DNA of 63,927 nucleotides, filler included, from Folioceros fuciformis (lineage: Eukaryota), in assembly GCA_049999805.1 (NCBI GenBank). It is 10 parts of 10 records of this genome, joined end to end, with 100 filler letters (N's around TTAATTAATTAA, not from the genome) between each part and the next. Parts side by side here need not be neighbours in the genome. Positions count along the whole stretch, not along the records: positions 20,288 to 25,959 come from JBNGIO010003323.1; positions 26,060 to 31,132 come from JBNGIO010003324.1; positions 31,233 to 33,920 come from JBNGIO010003325.1; positions 34,021 to 41,678 come from JBNGIO010003326.1; 6 more parts are not named here. One strand, 5' to 3'. The stretch's first letter is position 1. Every line of letters begins with the position of its first letter. The notes below the pieces were generated by a model. It saw nothing but the letters and a program-made list of their open reading frames with translations. It searched no databases and was not told the DNA's origin. Made by a program: the position numbers and the translations under genes. This document shows positions 23,601 through 34,918 of this stretch, piece after piece.

Positions 23601-24430
23601 TCATGAGGGGTGTCCGTGTGTGGTAACTGGATGTGTGTGTTGGTTGAACGCGGGTAGAGGTGTGGTGAATGATGAGTGACTGAGAAAGCCTGGGTCTGGA
23701 ACGGTAGAGGCCCTGTGTAAGGACTGTGGTTGCTAAAGGTATAGGAAGAGGTACTTGAATATTGGACGACTGACGTGTGTTGGATGTGCGAGTGTGGCCG
23801 TGGGCGGAGTAAACATGGGTCAGTGGCGTGAGAGAGCGCTGAACGACTTCTGAGGATAGCGATGGTTGCTGAGAGTGAGGGAGGCTGTGGGATACAGCTG
23901 TATGGTCAGATTCAGGTTGTGTTGAAGTGTAGTGCGAGTGCTGGTGTGGGGTGTGAATGTTTGTGGAGTCAGTTGTCCAAGTGTGTGTTCCTGTGGGGAA
24001 TGTGTAACCCCAAATCGCTATTTGGAAATTCCAAATAGAAACCCGTGGAGGAATTTTTGAAACAACGCGTGTTAGTTAGGACCCTAAGGTGGGACCCACC
24101 CATGTAGTGGAATCGACTACCGGTTGTGGGGGCCTTACTAGTAGTTGAAGGTCAGTAGTTGTAGAGATCCCTACTCCGGTAGTTGAGCGAGTTTTTGGAG
24201 TGGTAGAGTCGAGTGGTGGTAGCTAGACCACCTGGGGGTAGTAGTAGTGGAACCTGTAGTAGTGGAACTAGGAGTAGGTGAAGAACGACCTAGGTAGAGA
24301 CCGACTTTTAGAAGAAAGAAACCTGTGTTATTTGACACAAATCATTCCCTTGGGATCGAAGCCCATTGCTATAACGACATAGAGGGTTTGTGTGGACCTA
24401 TGTGGACTGGGTACAATATTTTCCTCCACA
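20691..24430 (-). mobile_element. 3.74-kb TG...CA insertion with 5-bp TSD CCTGG (long solo-LTR-like, possibly with nested pieces), containing short coiled-coil/ORF remnants
   Basis: CCTGG at 20686-20690 and 24431-24435. Termini are TGTATAGGAAAAAAATATT and AATATTTTCCTCCACA. The flanks rejoin into one ORF homologous to 46960-47420. Confidence 0.8.
23502..23526. repeat. (TG)n microsatellite
   Basis: Read directly from the sequence. Confidence 0.95.
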
Positions 24431-24795
24431 CCTGGGGTGCCCTGCGTTAGCCCACATAGAAGGATGAGGGCTCCGTCTGTGACATGGTCCGTCTTGGTCA
24501 CGAGTAGCCGATTCGATGAGTCTAGCTACTCCTCTAATTCAGGGGTCCACGATGTCGTGAATTAACCACCCGTTGGTCGTCTTGGCGGAGCCCTCTTGCA
24601 AGAATGCCGTTGTTGCCTCCTTGACCAAGTCCTTGTTCTTACTTGCTTGTAGGGTTAGGGATTCACATCATACATGTGGACCTAGATGGTCTTGCACTTA
24701 CAAATAAGGAAAGTCCAAAATGCTCCTTGTTTGTTATCAGCCCCAAAAAATACTCATCGGAGCGTTACTCTGATGGCCCACCGGACTTGCTTTCG

Positions 24796-25295
24796 GAGTG
24801 CGAAGAAACGGAGCGGACTTTCAAAAATGGGTGTTTACAGCGGATGCAAGTTTATTAGAGTGCATACGTGTCATGTCGGACTCCGCGCCGACAGTTTGTC
24901 CGCCGGACAGACAGACAGGACAGTCCGTTCAAGATGGAGTACCTGTCATCATGCAAAAAGTGGGGCGTAACTGCCCCCAGACGGTTGCTTTCTGGGTGGG
25001 AACACAAGCGAGCATAAAGCGTTACGCTAGTGTACGCCGGTGGGCCATCAGAGTGCGAAGAAACAGAGCGGACTTTTAAAATGGGTGTTTACAGCGGATG
25101 CGAGTTTATCGGAGTGCATATGTGTCATGTCGGACTCCGCACTGCCAGTTTGTCGGCTGGACTGACAGATAGGACAATCCGTTCTAGATGCAGTACTTAT
25201 CATCATGTAGAAAGTGGGGGCGTAACTGCCCCGGACGATTGCTTTCTGCGTGGGAACACTTGCGAGCATAAGATGTTACACTAGCGTACGCCGGT
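24796..25295. repeat. Two tandem ~255-bp units
   Basis: GAGTGCGAAGAAAC..AGCGGACTTT..AATGGGTGTTTACAGCGGATGC starts at both 24796 and 25051. Confidence 0.85.
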
Positions 25296-25559
25296 TGATA
25301 TGCCCCACTCCCTCTTGTCTCTCCCTCCCCCCTATTGGATGCGATTTTAACACCTTGGTGGAGGGGAGACCTCAAATTTGTCATGAAGTTGATTGAGTTC
25401 GACCCTCCAGCCCTAGCAATGAGAAACCCTATTGCTCCTTCGTGGGAAAGAAACCCAATGTCTCAACGACAGTGGGATAAGTGTGGCCATTAAATGTTGA
25501 ACCCTTTGGCAAACAGTGACCCGGGTTTTGCCACCACAACACACCAACAGACGGTGCCT

Positions 25560-25959
25560 CCCTTTGTGTGCTTCCTCCCCGTCGTACAGCTTCCTCCCCA
25601 TCGCACAGACTAACACGGTGCTTCCTCCCCGTTGTACAGACCAACACAGTGCTTCCTCCCCGTTGTACAGACTAACACAGTGCTTCCTCCCCGTTGTATA
25701 GACCAACACACTATGTCTCCCCGTTGTACCCGTTGTACAAACCAACACACGATGCCTCCCCATTGTACAGACCAACACACGATGCCTCCTCGTTGTACAG
25801 ACCAACACACGATGCCTCCCCGTTGTACAGACCAACACACGATGCCTCCCCATTGTTACAGACCAACACACGATGCCTCCCCGTTGTTACAGACCAACAC
25901 ACGATGCCTCCCCCCGTTGTTACAGACCAACACACGATGCCTCCCCGTTGTTACAGACC
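25560..25959. repeat. ~30-bp minisatellite (GTTGTACAGACCAACACACGATGCCTCCCC), about 13 copies, running off the contig end
   Basis: Head-to-tail near-identical units with no spacers. Confidence 0.95.
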
Positions 25960-26059
25960 NNNNNNNNNNNNNNNNNNNNNNNNNNNNNNNNNNNNNNNNN
26001 NNNTTAATTAATTAANNNNNNNNNNNNNNNNNNNNNNNNNNNNNNNNNNNNNNNNNNNN

Positions 26060-26587
26060 CATGTCAGCCCTGGCCCTAACTGCGAACCCCAAGTTCCACT
26101 CCAGGACGAAGCACATTGAAATCCAACATCACTACATGCGGGATGTCGTTGAGCATGACATAGTGAAGGCCACCTATGTCCCAACAAAGGATAATGTTGC
26201 AAACATACTTACCAAGGACCTACCCAAGCTACGCCACTACCAACACATGCTTAAGCTAGGCTTGACTAACTTCTCACCTCAGCTTTCTCCAACCTAAGAC
26301 TAACGAGGAGGCTTAGTGTTTAGAGAGCCTACGTCATTAGTTAGGTTCCGTTCAGCTTAAGAGGGAGTGTTACGGAATAGTTAATCTGACCGTAACCCCG
26401 CCTAGTAGTTACTTATTACCCTTAGCAATAGGATACTTTGAAAGGGTGTGACTCTTCGCGAAGGGTCACACCGACCGTCCTATATAAACACACCTCCGTA
26501 ACCCTTCTGTACCTTTTTCTAAATAATACGATATGCGTCTTACTCAGCAGACTAGACGCATGACATCCTACTATTAGGATTTCAACA
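26060..26587 (+). mobile_element. Ty1/copia 3' end: RNase H tail, PPT and a ~220-bp 3' LTR (26368-26587)
   Basis: NPKFHSRTKHIEIQHHY...NVANILTK. PPT AAGAGGGAG is followed by TGTTACGG...TATATAAA...TTCAACA. Confidence 0.88.
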
Positions 26588-26699
26588 CTAGTGCAGGCAC
26601 CAAAAAAAGAGCTGAGGTGAAGAGGAAGATAGGTGACATTGCAAATCCAAGTTCCAGGATGCAGGTATTAGAAAATAGCAGTAGGAAGCATGTGCTGCA

Positions 26700-29600
26700 T
26701 GCTACAGCACATGCTTCAGCACGCTCGCTTCTGGAAGAGCCTACTACCCTCTCGCAGGGCTTTTCGGGCCCATAATCTTCCCAGTGGCGGCTCGCAATGG
26801 AGGATGAATACCAAAGCCCTGTGAAGAACAAGACCTGGGAGCTGGTTGATCCGCCCCATAGAAGGAAGCCGATCAGCTGCAAATGGACGTTCAAGCTCAA
26901 GTTCAATGCCCAAGGCCAGGTCGCCCGTTTCAAGGCTGCTTGGTAGCCCGAGGCTTTTCCCAAGTTGAAGGGCTCAACTATCAGGAAACCTTCTCCCCTG
27001 CTGTGGTGGCCAGATCTCGGGGAGTGGGGCTCCCTGAGCTCCATCCTATAGTGGCCACAGTTATCCCACTGTCGTTAGTATAGAATGGGCTTCGATCCCA
27101 CCAAAGAGTGGCTGGTGTTCCCAATCTGTAGTGTATGAGATGCTTCTTCTAACTCCACAACTTCACAACTCTTACATCCAACTGCTAACCCTCTACTCCT
27201 GACCTTGCGACCCCTAGTCAGGACTCGTCTAGCTGTAGACAGATTAGGTCTGTCACCCCTAACCTGACTACATAATCTCCCACTTCTCACGTCTCACATC
27301 CCTCTTCCATCCAAATTACTCTAACCTTGCTATCTCTGGTCAGAGGTACTACTCAACTTCCAATAGACCTGCCAACTGCAAACAGGTTAGGACTGTCACT
27401 CCTACCCTGCCAACGGTTCAGGTTGCCATGGTTCGGTTCGGTTCGACCTATGGACAAATCTTCACACTCTCAACTACTGTAGCTGGTACTGCCTACAGCC
27501 CTCTCACTCCAAGTACTAGAAACCACAAGTCAGAACTTGCAGGAGGAAACTACAACCACGTTGCAACCCTCCCTCGTCAGATCTTGCTAGCACCACGTCA
27601 GAAACACACACACCAATTAGGGCGGATTTGAGGAAACACTGCCTCAGGCTCCTTGCTAGGCCTTGAGCACTCTTGGTGCCTTGCAACTCTAAACACTACA
27701 ACGACCTTCACCTCTACTCCTCTACTTGTTCTCCCCTCTGTGGGTCAGAGCTCTCCTACGCTACCCCACAGATTGATGGAACCTGCCCTTACCTCCTACT
27801 AGGCACCAAGTCTCCTTGGCTGGCAACACACTTGCAAGACTAGCTTGCGGGAACAGTAGGGACAACAACCATGGACACTTGCACCATCAGCCAGCAAACC
27901 CCAACCTCATCCACATCTATAGCTGCAACTTAGCAACATCTGACTGGAAAGGGAGACGAGGTCTCGACCACATCAGTCAGCTGGAACAAGGTGCATCTGG
28001 AGCTCAAGAAGTAAGATCCGATGACTAAAGGGCAGCAAGTGACAAAATGAGTTTAGAGAACTCTCCTAGCCTTATAGGAGATCCCCTCTCTCTTCACGCT
28101 CTCTCTCTCCTTAGGTCAATACTATAAAAACAACTAAATTAATGAACCTCTTGGCTCATTGACCTAGACCTCCCCAGAAAATGACTCGGTGTCAGAAGTC
28201 TTAATGGGCCTACCATTTAGGCCCAATCACCACAAGCCATCATAACTGAGTCTAAACAGTGGGGTCTGACCCCACTCTTGACAGTCCTCTGCCAGCTATG
28301 TTCTTGGGAGGGAACCTTCTGATCTTTTGTTGGCTGCAATTATCCTCCTCATCCTCCTGTGTTGTCACCTCATCAGCTGGTCTCTTCCTTGTGGTTGACT
28401 GAGGTGCAATTGCTAGGCTGCTCTCCAAAGGCATAGGAGGTAGAGACTCCTCCTGTCCTGTAGGCAACACAAGTGACAAATGCACGTTAGCTTTTGTCCT
28501 GAGGTCAAGTGTCCCCAAGATCTCTTGTTTGTCGGATGTGCGTTCCACATCTGTTGGGCTGCCTCTTGCGGTCAGATCTTCCTCTTCCTCCTCTGTCCTG
28601 CAAGGCACAAAAATTGTATCTTCTCCTACTTGGGGGCCTTCCTTGGTAATGGAGGGGTGGAAGTGGAGTCCACCTATCCCTCTATCTCACCCATGCCCTT
28701 CCTTGTCTTCATGTTTTGTTGGTTGAGCCCCAAGTCTAGCCCTTGCTGACCACACTTCCGTCGGGCCAAGAGCAAACCACCTCAACGTTGGTGAATCCTA
28801 CAGCAGGAGCCCACAGCACCCTAAACCCCTCATGCTTGCAGCTCCTTCATGAGCTCACAAACCACCCTTCATCACCCCCCCCTACAATTGCTAGATCACC
28901 TGCACCTAAGAAGGAAAAGAAAAAGAAGGGGGGGGGGGGGGGGGAAGAGAGAACAAGAGGCTAAGAGCCACACCCCCTCCTTTACACTCAGCCACAGCCC
29001 GTGGAGATTGAGGCACCTGCCTCACTCCCTGCCCCTTGCCTGTGAGTGAAAGAAAGGAAACAAAACACACAAAAAGACCAGGATCTGCACCTCGTTCCCC
29101 TTCCTCACAGCCTAATCCATCAGCTCTTGTGGGCAGCCCTCTAGAGGGAGCTTGGCTGGCTCCACACGCTGCTCTCCACACTAAACTCAGCAGGGGGGTG
29201 CAAAAACCCCCACTGGAACCTGCTCCGCTTGATCAACAAATTAGAGAGAAAGGTGGAGTCTTGGGAGGTGGCTCTTCACTCCCTTTGCTCACAGCCCTCC
29301 TCCATGCTGCTTTAGTCCTCCTCCACGCTGCCTTAGCCAGCCTCGCATGCAGCCTAGGCCTCCTCCAGCTTACAGATCCCTAGGATCTTGCCCCTAGATC
29401 GCTCCTTGATCATGGAAAGGAAAAAAAAACATAAGGAGGAGTAGCCACCCGCGTTCCCTCTCCCCCTTGGCAGCCTCACTGCCTCTCCACTATCCAAGCT
29501 CATTGCCTCTCCACTGTGGCAGCCTCCCTGCCTCCCTACCTCCTGCAACTCATAGATCCTTGCTGCCCGTGCGTTTGTGAGACGGCTACTTGCTCTAAGC

Positions 29601-30403
29601 TCCCAAGCACCTGAGGAGTTAGAGTGGCCGTATGTCGCATGGAACTTGGAGTGCTTGCAGCCTAGTGACTTGGAGCTCTCGCATGCCACTTGGGAACTTA
29701 GAGTGGTTGCATGCAACCTAGGAACTTGGAGTTCTCACATACCACTTGGGAACTTAGAGTGCCGACATGCAATTTGGGGACTTAGGGTTCTTGCATGCAA
29801 CCTGGTTTAGCAGGTTCTTGCCCGGACCTCTTACCAGACCTACTAGTTTGGTACCAACCCACTTCTGCCCCCTTGACAGATCCATAAGACTCCTATCCCT
29901 CGGACAGATTCTTCTCCTTACCATGCGTGAGCACCCCACTCACATACATAGCCGCTGAAAAAAATAAAAATAGAAAATAAAACCAAAACCAACTAGGAAG
30001 GAACCAACCTTCCCTATACTAGCCGCATTTGTATAAGTTGTACCAAAATTGGAACACTGGACCGAAATTCAATGTTCCACACCCGTCGTGCGAGGGTCTT
30101 ACAGATAAGGATCTTATCTGTGGCTGTAGAGCTTGATTTGGAGCTACACCAAATGGACGTGTGCACCGCCTTCCTATACAGAGCACTTGACGAGGAGCTC
30201 TACATGGACCAACCCAAGGGATATATCAGCAAGCAGTTCCCAAACAAAGTGCTGAGAGTTAAGAAATGCATTTATGGCCTCAAGCAACGTGGCCGCGTTT
30301 GGTATACCAGTATGCACTCTTGATCGATTCTTCCTTCGTACAGTGTTCCCCAGATGGGAACGTGTACAGGCTATCCCAAGGACCCCACTTCGTGCTCCTC
30401 GGC
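26700..30403 (+). mobile_element. Degenerate Ty1/copia RT split by a nested 3.08-kb insertion (27002-30081) and cut again at 30404
   Basis: EEPTTL..WRLAMEDEY..KNKTWELVD..CKWTFKLK..ETFSP| resumes at 30082 as PVVR...HQMDVCTAFL...IYGLKQ. Confidence 0.85.
27002..30081. mobile_element. TGTGG...CCACA-bounded insertion (LTR-derived, no intact ORF)
   Basis: Interrupts the copia RT. The flanking 5-mers CCTGC and CCCGT differ by two transitions, consistent with a decayed TSD. Confidence 0.65.
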
Positions 30404-31232
30404 TGTGGAGACCACATGGTGGATAGGCCCCTTACAAAATGGGTGGTATTTGTTTTTTTTGGAGTTTCGATAGAATTCCTTGGAGAGGTAATTAGGAAAC
30501 TATGTTAGATAAGGCTAGATTAAATAAGATGATTAGGAGATAGTGGTGGTGCAGTTTAGAAAGTCAACAATCATCTAGCTAACCCGTGGCCATGGAAAAT
30601 GTGAAGTAGGGGGTAGGGTGTGCCCGTGGAGAGGGACGCCGGTGTGTGTGGAACCCTAAGTCGGGCGTGTGAGGGTGAGTTGGGGCCTCGGGAGCGTGCG
30701 GAAGGCGGTTGGGCATAGGCATGGGGGTGGCGTGCTTAGACTTGCCATGGCCTTGCCCAGGTGCGCCGGGGGGCTGAGGATCCTAAGAGCAGGCAGCTGG
30801 ATAGGCCAGGAGTAGGGCCAGGCTTGGCTGGATCTTGGTTGGCAGGCGGGCCGACCTGCTGCGGTGGGGCTCCCAACAGGCTGGCTGATCGGTGGCTGCA
30901 AGCCTCGGCTGGATTCAACAGGCCGGGGTGACCCCAAGATGGCTCTAGGTAGGGTAGTAGGAGGGAGGCAGGAGGCAAGCTAGGCTGGCTGCCTGGCCGA
31001 GGCTTGCAGCCAGCAGCGGCCGGCTGTTCGGCCAGCTGAGTGGTCGGCTGGTCAAGGCTGGAGGTGGAGTGTGGAGGCAAAACCCCGGGCACTGATTGCC
31101 GACGGGTTCCACCTTTAGTGGCCACACTTATCNNNNNNNNNNNNNNNNNNNNNNNNNNNNNNNNNNNNNNNNNNNNTTAATTAATTAANNNNNNNNNNNN
31201 NNNNNNNNNNNNNNNNNNNNNNNNNNNNNNNN

Positions 31233-33920
31233 ACTAACACCACATGAGTTTAGCTCATATAGAGCTCGATAACTCAACACTCCCCCTCGAGCTCAACATA
31301 GCATCTGTACGCCTAACATAGCTCGGAATTTCTTCAGCTTCTCTGCTCCCATTGGCTTAGTAAATATATCGGCTATCTGCTCGTCTGTATTGACATACAC
31401 AAGATCAATAGCTCCAGATAAAATCCTTTCGCGAAGAAAATGATAATGTATTTCAATGTGTTTTGTCCTGGCATGAAACACTGGGTTTCGCGCCAACTGT
31501 ATGCTGCTAAGATTGTCACAGTAGATAACAACCTTGTCGTTGACCTGCAATCCAAAATCTCCGAGTAACTTACAAATCCAAGTCACTTCACACGCTGCCA
31601 TTGCTGCGCCTCTGTATTCAGCTTCTGTACTAGACAAAGCCACTGTAGGCTGCTTCTTGCTACTCCATGTAATTGCTGCACTCCCAAGTGAAAAAATGAA
31701 TCCACTTGTAGCCTGCCCAATCTGCATCTGTGTACCCACACAGGTTTATTTCTAAATCTGCAACATAAAAGAGAGCATGATCCATAGTTGCCTTCACATA
31801 GCGCAACGTTCGCCTTACTGCATCCAAATGTGGCTTTCTTGGCGCCTGCATAAACTGACTGTGCAATCCCACTGTATAGTTCAAATCTGGTCGGGATAGA
31901 GTGAGATATATCAAGCTACCCACAATCTTCCTGTACATTGTTGGATCTTCAAGTGCTTCACCATCATGAGCACTGAGCTTTAGATTTTGATCCAAAGGAA
32001 TCGAGATTGGCTTGCACTCAACCATACCATACTTAGTTAGTACATCCGACGCATACTTCCGCTATGACAGCCAAATGCCTGTGTTGGTTCGTATAATTTC
32101 AATGCCCAAAAAGAACCTCAGTTCACCTAGGTCCGCCATCTTGAACTCTTGTTGTAGAAGTTCCTTGATCTGCTCCACTTGATCCGACTGATTACCTCCA
32201 ATCATTAGATCATCCACATAAATGGTCACAAAGACCAGTCGTTTTGTACTTTTGTACACATACAACGAATGATCCGCATCTGCCATGTTGAATCCGATGT
32301 GAATCAGATGCTGAGCAAGACGCTCATGCCAAGCCCTCGGGGCTTGCTTCAGTCCGTACAACGTTTTTTTCAGCTTGCACACATGATTTGGATGATCCAA
32401 ATCCTCATATCCTGGTGGCTGGTCCATGTATACTTCTTCCAGCAATTCTCCATGTAAAAACGCATTCTTCACATCCATATGATGTAGGACCCAACCTTTC
32501 GATGCCGCTAGTGCGATCACGGTTCGAATTGTTGCCATTTTGGCAACTGGACTGAACGTCTCCTCAAAATCTATTCCATATGTCTGGGCATATCCCTTGG
32601 CCACAAGCCTTGCCTTGTACCTGTTGATACTACCATCTGCGTTGTGTTTGACCTTGTACACCCATTTGCAACCTATTGGTTTCTTGCCTTCAGGTAGTTG
32701 TACTAGGTCCCATGTTGCATTCTGATTTAACGCATTCATTTCTTCATCCATAGCATGTTCCCACTTTGTGTCTCCAATAGCTTCTTCAAAGCTTCTTGGT
32801 TCCACATCCTGTACAACCTTTGCCATATAGGCATGGTGCCTAGCTACATAGCTATCATAGGTCAACCGCTGTATTGGAACCTTCTGCCTTCCAGATCTCC
32901 ATGGGATTGAACCACTTCCAGGGGCTGATTGAACCTCTTTTGCACCAGGTGTTTCGATTTTCGGTACACCGAATTCCTTATCCAAGCTCTGCTCAGAGTC
33001 GCTTGAATCATCCGCACCTGCACTTAGATCTGGTATCTTTGAATCCTGGACTTTTTCCTTCCCTTTGCGAGACACAGCTGTGGAGCTCGTAGGACTCACA
33101 CTACCTCGCAACCTGCCACTCCATGGATTCTGAACATTTGTCGAGTTTGATGACGCTTGCGGTCCACTCAACACTTGTGATTGTTGACCTGCATTGCTTG
33201 TTACCTCAGTTTCAAGCACATCAGCTACACTACTTCCTTGTACTTCAAAGTACCAGCTACCCATTTCATCAAAGACTACGTCTCTGCTTACTCTCATAGT
33301 CCGTGTACTGGGATTGTAGCACCTGTATCCTTTCTGTGTAACAGAATACCTAATGAAGACACACTTTTCTGCTTTTGGATCAAGCTTAGTCCGCAACTCA
33401 TCCAGAATATGGACATAAGCAATGCAACCAAATACCTTTAAGTGTGACAAGACAGGTTTCTTCCCTGTGAACTTCTCCTCCGGTGTTACACTGTGCACCG
33501 CTGCTGTGGAAGTTCTGTTCATGATGTACACTGCTGTGCTTACAGCTTCAGCCCAATAGTAGTGAGGCATCTTCTTCTCTGTCATCAATGCTCTCGCCAC
33601 TTCTGCTATGTGCCTGTTCTTGCGCTCTGCAACTCCATTTTGTTGTGGCGTATAACGACATGAGTACTGCCGTTGAATGCCCTGTTCTGATAAGAATTTG
33701 CTGAACTCTCTGGAGAAGTACTCTCCCCCTCCATCAGATCTTAGGCATTTGATGTGCCTACCTGTCTGCTTCTCAACCATCGCCTTGAAAGTATGAAAAT
33801 GAGTGATCACTTCACTTTTTTCTTTCATGAAATAGACCCACACCTTCCTTGTGTGGTCGTCAATGAAGGTCACATAGTACTTGCAACCTCCGATTGATGC
33901 AGTCTGTGTAGGACCCCATA
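31233..33920 (-). mobile_element. Ty1/copia pol (integrase-RT-RNase H) with a premature stop and a frameshift; PPT and start of the 3' LTR
   Basis: [29 protein letters not shown] and FHARTKHIEIHYHF. Stop at 32062 and frameshift near 31710. PPT GAGGGGGAG (31288-31280) is followed by TGTTGAG. Confidence 0.95.
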
Positions 33921-34020
33921 NNNNNNNNNNNNNNNNNNNNNNNNNNNNNNNNNNNNNNNNNNNNTTAATTAATTAANNNNNNNNNNNNNNNNNNNNNNNN
34001 NNNNNNNNNNNNNNNNNNNN

Positions 34021-34279
34021 TGTAACCGGGGTTCTCTTTTGAAATGGACACCAAGTCCATGTATCTATAATAGACAGAGTTGGTGTCCAACCCAACCACC
34101 GGTGATAGGCGGTTGCATTTGTTTGGGCTGGGCCCAAACAAATTCGAATCATGAACAAGAGCAGCGGCAGTCGGTGTTGTTAGCTGAACTTCATGAGATT
34201 TCCTATGGAGTACCTCGGTGACCTGCGGATGTCGCGCCTCTAGTTCTATCCAACGTACAACCAGGCTACGGAGGCTGCT
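34021..34279 (+). repeat. Degenerate direct-repeat copy of 34803-35079 (upstream palindrome plus 5' end of the primase gene)
   Basis: TGTAACCGGGGTTCTCTTTTGAAATGGACACCAAG... and GAGCAGCGGCAGTCGGTGTTG...CCAACGTACAACCAGGCT occur in both copies. Confidence 0.9.
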
Positions 34280-34918
34280 TTTGAGTGTCCTCCGTACAAC
34301 TACTCTGTAGTACTGTAGTCACAGTTTGTTTGCCCTGTTATCCATTGCATCTATCAATGTGTGTGCCCTCCCATCCGCAACCCTAAACGTATTGAACCTC
34401 ATCATACTATATTTCTTGTGAACTACTCTATTTCACAGTAAAACACACACCATTTTGCCGGCATTGAAGTCATGTCATCCATGAACCTTGCATGCGGTTC
34501 CTGAACCTAATAAACTACGATTCCCTTCCATGCCATAGAGAGAAGGACAAGTAATAACCAAAGCAAAAAAAACACACACAGGGGTTGTGGACCGACGGTT
34601 ACACACTTTGCAAGTGGATCTCTTGGATACACACTGGGTTCGTGTACTATACGGCTCTTCCAAACTCACATTGTGTTTCGAATCTTAGGTTGTTCCCCAG
34701 TTGTAGTGTGGAATCTAAAGCTCGATTTGTAAGCTGTGGAACAAACTGTACACATATTAAAATCTTCTACTGCGGGGAACCCATGGTTCCACCACTATGA
34801 AGTGTAACCGGGGTTCTCTTTTGAAATGGACACCAAGTCCATGTATCTATAATAGATAGAGTTGGTGTCCAACCCAACCACCGGCGATAGCCGGTTTCAT
34901 TTGTTTGGCCCCGCCCAA

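Noticed and set aside
25560-25959. CRISPR-like ~30-bp repeats
   Set aside because: Units are head-to-tail with no unique spacers, no cas genes are present, and the context is eukaryotic. This is a minisatellite, and the repetitive ORFs over it are artefacts.
28928-28944. G17 run / possible G-quadruplex
   Set aside because: Homopolymer inside a decayed TE with no evidence of function.
29620-29805. ~26-bp degenerate tandem repeats
   Set aside because: Internal sub-repeats typical of LTR elements.
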